Part shown: piece after piece, positions 9,125-15,804 of the stretch
Layout of the letters: each line of letters opens with the position of its first letter
How positions within the stretch are numbered: the first letter of the stretch is position 1
Source of the DNA: an uncultured Bacteriovoracaceae bacterium
Lineage (GTDB): Bacteria > Bdellovibrionota > UBA2394
Length of the DNA stretch: 64,000 bases
Reading direction: 5' to 3'
Assembly: GCA_964622975.1 (NCBI GenBank)
Contig: CAZUTA010000010.1
Span: 16,971-80,970, forward strand
Made by a program: the position numbers and the translations under genes
The notes under the pieces: generated by a model
Database searches by the model: none
What the model saw: the letters and a program-made list of their open reading frames with translations, nothing else
Told to the model about the DNA's origin: nothing

Positions 9125-9140
9125 AGGCATTATTTTTGCT
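9125..9140 (+). promoter_or_regulatory. candidate sigma-54 promoter (AGGCAT-N5-TTGCT)
   Basis: GG at 9126-9127 and GC at 9138-9139 have the canonical 12-nt offset. The site lies 26 nt upstream of the lipoprotein ATG at 9166. The -24 element is degenerate. Confidence 0.35.
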
Positions 9141-9165
9141 CCTTTCTCGGGTAGAAAGTAAAAAA

Positions 9166-9621
9166 ATGAATCGACGCTGTGTTTCAATTTTAATTCTCAG
9201 TGTGTGGAGTGCAGCGTTTTTTGCCGGCTGTGGATCTCAATCCAATGCCCCCTTCAGTTATTCAGCTCAATCAATCGCCCTTCAAGGTCAGTGGGAACTC
9301 AAAGCAGTCGGCGATCAGACCATTGCGATTGAGGATTCATTTCAAATGAGCTTTGCCTCCGAGGATCAAATTCAAGCCGCAATTGAAGATCCATGCCCTG
9401 AAGCCGTCATGCTCTTTGAGGTTCGAGACAATGAACTTTATCGAGTCCGCGCTCAGAAAGAGAATTTTAGATGTTTTGTGAATCTCGGCCCAGGTCCTCA
9501 AAATGATCTCGAAGGTCTTTTGAGTGAGGGCGCAGCCTACGAACTAAAGAATGGATCGCAGCTTCAGATTCACGAAGGATCCTCTCAGACCTTTGTCTTT
9601 GAACGAATTCCTCCCCAGTAG
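9166..9621 (+). CDS. putative lipoprotein (possibly META/HslJ-like)
   Basis: ORF 9103..9621. An internal Met gives 'MNRRCVSILILSVWSAAFFAGCGSQ' (lipobox). The 'LQGQWELKAVGDQ' pattern resembles a META domain, but that is from recollection only. Confidence 0.6.
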   Translation: MNRRCVSILILSVWSAAFFAGCGSQSNAPFSYSAQSIALQGQWELKAVGDQTIAIEDSFQMSFASEDQIQAAIEDPCPEAVMLFEVRDNELYRVRAQKENFRCFVNLGPGPQNDLEGLLSEGAAYELKNGSQLQIHEGSSQTFVFERIPPQ

Positions 9622-9677
9622 AATCCAAATTGATTGTGAACCAGCCTTTGAGTTAGCTATCGGTCTAGTTTTATCAA

Positions 9678-9750
9678 GGGCCCATAGTTTAACTGGATAA
9701 AACGGGAGTTTCCTAAACTTCTGTTCCCCGTTCGAGTCGGGGTGGGCCCG
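9678..9750 (+). tRNA. tRNA-Arg (anticodon CCT)
   Basis: Hand-folded cloverleaf. The arms are acceptor GGGCCCA/TGGGCCC, D arm GTTT-AACTGGATA-AAAC, anticodon arm GGAGT-TTCCTAA-ACTTC and T arm CCCCG-TTCGAGT-CGGGG. The discriminator is G and no CCA is encoded. Confidence 0.9.
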
Positions 9751-9751
9751 A

Positions 9752-9810
9752 TTTGCGCGAAGGCGAAGCGCGCAAAGCAAGTTCGTGCGCAGACGAAGCG
9801 CGCAAAGCAA
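9752..9810. repeat. two tandem 30-bp GC-rich hairpin units just 3' of the tRNA
   Basis: Unit 9755-9780 (gcgcgaaggcgaagcgcgcaaagcaa) and unit 9785-9810 (gtgcgcagacgaagcgcgcaaagcaa) match at 23 of 26 positions. Unit 1 folds as TTTGCGCG/CGCGCAAA. Confidence 0.6.
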
Positions 9811-9837
9811 AACGGGGCGCTCGAAAGCGGCCCCGTC
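9803..9837 (-). terminator. probable rho-independent terminator of CDS 9861..11207
   Basis: On the minus strand, ACGGGGCCGC-TTTCGA-GCGCCCCGT (one bulge) is followed by TTTTGCTTTG. Confidence 0.55.
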
Positions 9838-9860
9838 TTGCATGCCTGATTAAGTGACTT

Positions 9861-11207
9861 TTATTCTCTCTCGACCGTGCCTCCCAAATCGAGGATTCGA
9901 TCGTTCATCTGCTGGAGCAGATCAATTTCATCCCACGTTGGCTCGCCATAAGGATTGCCAGGAACAAAGAGCATCACATCCGAAGGATCTCGAAGATTGA
10001 TGAATCCTTTAAAGGCAAACTTGGTTCCAAGTTTCCACACATAGCCCTCCACAACGACAGCCCTGTCTTCAAGAACTTGGTAGTTGTTTACAACCACATC
10101 GTCTTGATCAAGAGCGACTGTTGATTGCGTCAAGTTCGCAACCTTTTGGCCAAGCTGCGACGTGAGATTCTCCATCCCCTCTCGAAAGCGCCCTTGCGTT
10201 TCGTAGTCGAGATCAGAAATTCCGATGACGAGATTTCTAAACTCAACCGTCGGATGATAAACGCGGCGATGTCTGAAGACACTGATCGGTCGGTAGTGAA
10301 CATGAGATCCATACCAAACCTGATAGTGCGCATCGTCCACTCTATCCAAATAGAACCAACTCCAAAGAGGATTCCAAAAGTAAATCGTCACATCCACGAC
10401 GGGACGATATCCAAAGTAGAATCCCCCATAGAATCCATGACGGCGATACGAGCGGTACCAATCATGGCAATCATGATGATGCTGAACGTAGACATCATGG
10501 CGAACACGGATCCGATCCAAATAGACTCGCCTAAAATCATCTTGATAGTGAACCACTCGCTCACGGCACGATCGATCATCACGCACATGGCGCATTCGAT
10601 CACGACCGCTATCCCAGCGCTGGCGCATCCAAGAGTTTCGCTCGAGTTCGGCATCCGAATCCGGCGCATGTTTGCTCGGCATGGATGGCTTGTTCACTGG
10701 TGCTTTCGGTCGCTCCACAGGTCTGCTCGGCGGATAAGGTCTAGACGGTGCCGGCTTACTTGGAGCCGGTTTGCTCTCAGGAATCTTGGGTCGGTCCACT
10801 GGCTTACTGGGAGCAGGTCTACTCTCCGGAACTTTCGGACGATCCACAGGTTTGCTTGGCCGTTCCACAGGTTTGCTCGGTCGCTCGACGGGCTTACTCG
10901 GTGGAAAGGGCTTACTCGGAGCGGGTTTGCTCTCCGGAATTTTTGGTCGCTCCATCGGCTTACTGGGTGCGGGCCTACTCGGCGGATAGGGTCTCGACGG
11001 TGCCGGCTTACTCGGCGCGGGTTTGGATGGTGCTGGTCGACTCATCGGGGGACGGGGTGATTTGGAGTCTTCCTCTTTGCCCTTCCCTTTTGATTGACCC
11101 CAGAGACTCGGGCTGAGCGCCATGGCCATCACGAGAGTCCAAACTCCCGGTCGCCAACTGAGTCCTGTTTTCGTTTTGTTTATTTCCATTACCTCAATCC
11201 TCCTCAT
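9861..11207 (-). CDS. secreted proline-rich repeat protein with a His/Arg/Tyr/Asp-rich central region
   Basis: 448-aa ORF with signal-like 'VWTLVMAMALSPSLWG'. About 135 aa are PAPSKP / RPYPPSRP / KPVERP repeats. These are followed by 'RHVRDDRSCRERVVHYQDDFRRVY...HHHDCHDWYRSYRRHGFYGGFYFGY'. Confidence 0.7.
   Translation of the reverse strand: MRRIEVMEINKTKTGLSWRPGVWTLVMAMALSPSLWGQSKGKGKEEDSKSPRPPMSRPAPSKPAPSKPAPSRPYPPSRPAPSKPMERPKIPESKPAPSKPFPPSKPVERPSKPVERPSKPVDRPKVPESRPAPSKPVDRPKIPESKPAPSKPAPSRPYPPSRPVERPKAPVNKPSMPSKHAPDSDAELERNSWMRQRWDSGRDRMRHVRDDRSCRERVVHYQDDFRRVYLDRIRVRHDVYVQHHHDCHDWYRSYRRHGFYGGFYFGYRPVVDVTIYFWNPLWSWFYLDRVDDAHYQVWYGSHVHYRPISVFRHRRVYHPTVEFRNLVIGISDLDYETQGRFREGMENLTSQLGQKVANLTQSTVALDQDDVVVNNYQVLEDRAVVVEGYVWKLGTKFAFKGFINLRDPSDVMLFVPGNPYGEPTWDEIDLLQQMNDRILDLGGTVERE
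10650..11060. repeat. imperfect coding tandem repeats (Pro-Ser-Lys-rich units)
   Basis: DNA units such as ggcttactcgg, ggtttgctc and ggtcgctc recur. They generate long spurious ORFs in other frames and on the other strand (10125..11060, 10771..10989). Confidence 0.7.
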
Positions 11208-11274
11208 TCCAATTCAAAATTTTTTTGTTCTCATTCGTTCCCAGCCACGGCAAACAAATGCCGCTCTTGCTCAC

Positions 11275-11290
11275 AGCAAGACGCGTGCCA
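11275..11290 (-). promoter_or_regulatory. sigma-54 promoter (TGGCAC-GCGTC-TTGCT)
   Basis: The minus strand reads TTGGCACGCGTCTTGCTG, an exact TGGCACG-N4-TTGCW match. It lies about 68 nt upstream of the ATG at 11207. Confidence 0.65.
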
Positions 11291-11362
11291 AAAACAATTT
11301 GAATTAAACGAATTTACAGAGGGTGCAGGTGTAGTGAAATTCCAACAATTGAAGCGAATGCC

Positions 11363-11746
11363 CTAAGGCAAGAGCTTCCAAGCTCCTCTTTCGAGAACCA
11401 TATTGACGACTTCGACATCAACGTCGCTGCCTCGACTGCGACGCACTCTCAAAAAGGCGCGTGGCCCATCAAAGAGAACTTTTTCGACTCTGAATCTTGT
11501 GTCGCGAGTTTCGGCCTGCATGGCTTTAAGTTGAGCCGATGAACTCTCAGAAAATTCTTTTCTGAGCTCCGCTTGGGCGTCCAAAACATAGCAGCTCAAA
11601 AGCACTTCGAGATTGAGAGTTTCCGCTGCGTTCTGCCAGGTTTTAAAGGTTTCTTCGGGTGTGCCATAGGCAGGGGCCTTTGATTTGAGCGAACAGCCCG
11701 TTAGACACATCGATACCCAGAGGCAAATACTCAATCCAAACCGCAT
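11363..11746 (-). CDS. putative lipoprotein
   Basis: ORF 11363..11809. An internal Met gives 'MRFGLSICLWVSMCLTGCSLK' (lipobox). No family recognised. Confidence 0.6.
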   Translation of the reverse strand: MRFGLSICLWVSMCLTGCSLKSKAPAYGTPEETFKTWQNAAETLNLEVLLSCYVLDAQAELRKEFSESSSAQLKAMQAETRDTRFRVEKVLFDGPRAFLRVRRSRGSDVDVEVVNMVLERGAWKLLP

Positions 11747-11812
11747 GAGGGCCCAATTTATAGGCAGCGAGGTTGACAGGCTAGGTCTTTTATATAGAGC
11801 AAGTGTCACTTT

Positions 11813-13015
11813 ATGTCTCTTTCGGCCAGCCTATTGAGCCTCTTGTTAGTAAGCACCTCTGCAAAGGGGTCTGCACCGTGTCCAGATGTCCTGGCACAGA
11901 CTCTCGCGATCGAAAACGGCCGGTGGCCCATCAAAAAAATTCGCATGCATCGACCTCAAGATCGGCTCGGAAACCAATCCGCGATTGAGATTTTAAAACC
12001 ATTCTTTGAAGAAAGACCCGACGTCGTGTTTCAAATTATCGCGACACAAACTCAACATTCAATGGCCGATCTCAGCAGAGAGATCGGTCGTGTCTGGGGA
12101 GCTTCTTCAATTGTGCCTGATATTCAAATTCTGACCACACCTCACGAAGTCTATCTTTGGGCACAGGATGATTCGAAACCATTTTTGGACAGCAATCGAG
12201 TCCTGGTTCCTTACAATCAAAAAGAGAATGCCCCTGTTTATAAGAATGCCATTGAGGCACTTCAGAATCATCAGACAATTGATATTGTCGAAGGGAGTTT
12301 TGCCTTTGAGGGTGGAGATCTCATTGTGGGAGATCGCCATGTGTTTATTGGATCACGCTCGCTGCATAATTCGATTAGTCATCGAAATTTTCATCGTCTT
12401 CCCGGGAATTCTAAGGCGTCAATTCTCAGAGAGATCGAAGCCATTGCTCATAAGCCCGGTTTCGCGGTCATCACAGCCAACACCCGTGCGCACGAAGTCT
12501 CACAAGCGCTGTTTCATCTCGACGTGGTCATGGCTGTTGTGTGGGATCATTTACGAAGTAAAGAAGTCATCGTTCTCTCATCGACGACTCAAGCGGTGCG
12601 AGCGTTACGCTCCGTGAGGCCCGAGCAAGATGACTACCCAGCTGCCCAGTCCCTTCTTGATATTTTTAAAAATGAATCCAAATTCTATCGCGATCTTCGG
12701 ATTCAAATCGAACTGATCCAGGAAGACTTAGAGGCCGCCGGTTACGAGGTCATCTCCGTGCCAGGTTTTTACTTACCACCCCGAGTCGAAAGAAAGATCA
12801 GAATGCACCATCCATTACTGACCTCACTCTATAGTTATACAAACGTCGTGCTTGATTCGGAGCGAGCGATCATTCCTCAAACAGGCCTCAAAGTCTTGGA
12901 TTCGGCGGCCGCCGAAATCTACAGAGGGCTTGGGTACAAGATACATGGATACGATTCGTTTTATCCTTATCGTCTTCATGGGGGTCCGCGTTGCCTCATG
13001 AACGTTTGCCGATAG
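11813..13015 (+). CDS. exported guanidino-group-modifying enzyme superfamily protein (agmatine/arginine deiminase or amidinotransferase-like)
   Basis: 400 aa with signal-like 'SLLSLLLVSTSAKG'. Motifs are 'LWAQDDSKPF', 'FAFEGGDLIVGDRHVFIGS', 'HLDVVMAV' and the C-terminal 'HGGPRCLMNV' (candidate catalytic Cys). Assigned from motifs only. Confidence 0.55.
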   Translation: MSLSASLLSLLLVSTSAKGSAPCPDVLAQTLAIENGRWPIKKIRMHRPQDRLGNQSAIEILKPFFEERPDVVFQIIATQTQHSMADLSREIGRVWGASSIVPDIQILTTPHEVYLWAQDDSKPFLDSNRVLVPYNQKENAPVYKNAIEALQNHQTIDIVEGSFAFEGGDLIVGDRHVFIGSRSLHNSISHRNFHRLPGNSKASILREIEAIAHKPGFAVITANTRAHEVSQALFHLDVVMAVVWDHLRSKEVIVLSSTTQAVRALRSVRPEQDDYPAAQSLLDIFKNESKFYRDLRIQIELIQEDLEAAGYEVISVPGFYLPPRVERKIRMHHPLLTSLYSYTNVVLDSERAIIPQTGLKVLDSAAAEIYRGLGYKIHGYDSFYPYRLHGGPRCLMNVCR

Positions 13016-13040
13016 CCTCTGCTTCGGTTATATCTTTGGG

Positions 13041-14855
13041 GTGCAAAAGCGGTTTTTATTTGATCTCAAGCGAACTCATCACAACAACGAATTGACGGCC
13101 AAAGATGTCGGCAAAGAAGTCGTCCTTTTTGGATGGGTACAGAATCGTCGCGATCATGGCGGAGTGATATTCATTGATCTGAGAGATATTGAGGGCCTGA
13201 CTCAAATTGTCTTTAACCCGACCGTGCACGCTCAGTGTCACCAAGCGGCTGAGGCCCTTCGACTCGAGTTTTGTTTGGGCATCAAGGGAAAGGTGGGATT
13301 GCGTCCAGAAGGAATGCGAAACTCCAAGCTCAAAACTGGCGAGATCGAAGTGATGGTCGATCAGATTGAGATCTTTAGTAGTTCGCCGGCGACTCCCTTT
13401 CCAATTGAGGATGAAATCACCACCAACGAAATGGTACGCCTCGAGTATCGCTATTTGGATCTGCGTCGACCCAAGGCCAAGGCTCCGCTGCTGATGCGCT
13501 CCCATCTCAACAAGGTCATTCGAAATTATTTTTATGACCGAGGGTTTTACGAACTCGAGACCCCCAATCTGACAAAGAGTACTCCCGAAGGTGCGCGAGA
13601 TTTTTTGGTTCCCTCTCGTCTTTATGATGGGCAGGCCTATGCTCTGCCGCAGAGTCCGCAGCTTTTTAAGCAACTCTATATGGTCTGCGGCTTCGAGAGA
13701 TATTTTCAGATCGTTCGCTGCTTTCGCGACGAAGATTTGAGATCCGATCGACAGCCCGAGTTTACTCAGCTCGATCTCGAAATGTCTTTTGTTACGCAAG
13801 AAGACATCTTCGCGATGATGGAAGGCCTCTGGAAAAAGGTTTGGAAAGAATTTTTGAACATCGATATTGCTACGCCCTTTCAGCGCATGCCGTACCGCGA
13901 GGCTGTGGAGCGATTTGGATCGGATAAGCCCGACTTGAGGCTGTCTTGGGAACTCAAAACAGCCACAGATATTTTTGCGAAGTCAGATTTTAAGGTTTTT
14001 CGAGAGGTGGCCGAAAAAAAGAACCTCATCCAAGTACTCAAAGTCCCTGGCGGCGAAAGCTTGAGCCGCAAAGATCTTGATGACCTCACTCCCTTTGCCA
14101 AAACTTACGGAGCCAAAGGTATTGCGTGGATCAAACTCAATAATCCGGATGACTTTGATGCAGGCTGGCAGTCTCCGATTGCTAAGTTTTTGAGTGCAGA
14201 TGAGAAAAAAGCTCTCCTCAAACTCACCGAAGCCAAAGCAGGCGACCTCCTTGTGTTTTGTGCAGACACCAAAAAGATCGTCGCCGACAGTCTTGGCAAT
14301 ATTCGATTGCACCTGGGCCGAAAACTCAATGCGATCAACGACGCCGATTGGAAGTTCTTGTGGGTCATCGACTTTCCGATGTTCCAATATGACGACAAAG
14401 AAAAGCGTTGGGTAGCCGAGCATCATCCCTTCACGAGTCCTCGCGTGGATTACCGAGAGAATTTTGATCAAGTTCCCGGCGAAGCCCTCGCCGATTGCTA
14501 TGATCTCGTACTCAACGGCATGGAAATGGGCAGTGGCTCGATTCGGATTCATCGTAGTGATGTCCAAAAGCGCGTCTTCTCGCTGCTCAATTTGTCCGAT
14601 GACGAGATGAAGGAAAAGTTTGGGTTTCTTTTGGACGGTCTCGCCTTTGGAGCCCCTCCTCACGGAGGTATTGCCTTTGGAATCGATCGATTTGCCATGG
14701 TTATTGCGGGGGGAGAGTCCTTGCGTGATGTGATTGCGTTTCCAAAGACTCAAAAAGGCCAGTGCCTGATGACCAAAGCCCCCTCTCAGATCACTAAAGA
14801 ACAATGGAGTGACCTTCACTTAAAAGTTCTCGAGAGACCTAAGACAGTGGTCTAA
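13041..14855 (+). CDS. aspS: aspartate--tRNA ligase
   Basis: 604 aa with 'GWVQNRRDHGGVIFIDLRD', 'FQIVRCFRDEDLRSDRQPEFTQLD' and 'GGIAFGIDR'. GTG start as listed in the ORF track. Confidence 0.95.
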   Translation: MQKRFLFDLKRTHHNNELTAKDVGKEVVLFGWVQNRRDHGGVIFIDLRDIEGLTQIVFNPTVHAQCHQAAEALRLEFCLGIKGKVGLRPEGMRNSKLKTGEIEVMVDQIEIFSSSPATPFPIEDEITTNEMVRLEYRYLDLRRPKAKAPLLMRSHLNKVIRNYFYDRGFYELETPNLTKSTPEGARDFLVPSRLYDGQAYALPQSPQLFKQLYMVCGFERYFQIVRCFRDEDLRSDRQPEFTQLDLEMSFVTQEDIFAMMEGLWKKVWKEFLNIDIATPFQRMPYREAVERFGSDKPDLRLSWELKTATDIFAKSDFKVFREVAEKKNLIQVLKVPGGESLSRKDLDDLTPFAKTYGAKGIAWIKLNNPDDFDAGWQSPIAKFLSADEKKALLKLTEAKAGDLLVFCADTKKIVADSLGNIRLHLGRKLNAINDADWKFLWVIDFPMFQYDDKEKRWVAEHHPFTSPRVDYRENFDQVPGEALADCYDLVLNGMEMGSGSIRIHRSDVQKRVFSLLNLSDDEMKEKFGFLLDGLAFGAPPHGGIAFGIDRFAMVIAGGESLRDVIAFPKTQKGQCLMTKAPSQITKEQWSDLHLKVLERPKTVV

Positions 14856-14865
14856 GATTAGCTCA

Positions 14866-15798
14866 GTGGCGCGAATTCATTTTATCGTCAATCCTCAGAG
14901 GCCCTCGATCGGACTCAAGTGGCCGTATGAAGAGCTCAAAATTCAGGAACTCACCAAAGACTTTAAAGTTCATATTATTCGCGGCAAACTCCACGGCGAG
15001 ATCCTTGCCCGCCAAGCGGTGGATGAAGGAGCAGAACTCATTGTCAGCGTGGCGGGAGATTCGACTCTCAGCGAGATCGTCAATGGGATCTATCGCGCAT
15101 CGCAAGGCAATCGGCCTGTGCCTCGACTCGCGCTCCACCCTGAGCTCCATGCGGGAGATACGGTGCGCAGTCTTCAGATGCGCAAAGATTTTGTAAGCCT
15201 GATTAGTGATTTTTTAAAGGGCGAAGCCATTCAAGACGCAGTGGATCTTGCGGAGATTGAATTTGCAGGAGAATACGGACAGCGAATTCGACGGGTGTTT
15301 CTCAACTGCGCTGGATTTGGATTTAGCTCGGTCCTGGTCGAAAAACTTTCTCAAGATTTTAGAATGCCCCGCAATCGATGGAATTTTCTCAAAATTTTTG
15401 CTCGAAATGTGCTTTTTTATAAACATCCCGTAGTCGACATCCGAGTCGATGGCCGAGATTTTTTGAATCATCAAAGTCTGCTTTTGGGTTTGGTTCATAA
15501 CGGACGTTATGCGGGGCATGGACTCGATCTTTCACCGCAATCTTCGCCTTTTGACGGACGGCTTGAGCATACCTTTGTCTTAAAGACTTTTGGGTATCGC
15601 TATTTTTTGGCGGTCTTTCCACTTTTTGCCGGACTCTTGCATCGATCCTCATTTATTCGAGTCGGTGCGTGCCGCGAAGTCGAAGTGAGAGCTCCGAGTT
15701 CTGGTCGTCGAGTCAAAGTAGATTTTGACGGCAACACCTGGGGATTTCTGCCCCTCAAAATAAGAGTTTTGGAACAGGCCCTGCTCATGGTGAGATAG
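14866..15798 (+). CDS. diacylglycerol/lipid kinase family protein (YegS-like)
   Basis: 310 aa with 'IHFIVNPQ' and 'AELIVSVAGDSTLSEIVNG'. The latter is a DAGK_cat-like GGDGT motif, here AGDST. GTG start. Confidence 0.75.
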   Translation: MARIHFIVNPQRPSIGLKWPYEELKIQELTKDFKVHIIRGKLHGEILARQAVDEGAELIVSVAGDSTLSEIVNGIYRASQGNRPVPRLALHPELHAGDTVRSLQMRKDFVSLISDFLKGEAIQDAVDLAEIEFAGEYGQRIRRVFLNCAGFGFSSVLVEKLSQDFRMPRNRWNFLKIFARNVLFYKHPVVDIRVDGRDFLNHQSLLLGLVHNGRYAGHGLDLSPQSSPFDGRLEHTFVLKTFGYRYFLAVFPLFAGLLHRSSFIRVGACREVEVRAPSSGRRVKVDFDGNTWGFLPLKIRVLEQALLMVR

Positions 15799-15804
15799 TG
15801 AACT

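Noticed and set aside
9752-9810. Direct repeats near the tRNA considered as a possible CRISPR array or integration (att) scar.
   Set aside because: There are only two abutting 30-bp copies with no spacers. No cas genes, integrase or tRNA 3'-end duplication are found in the window.
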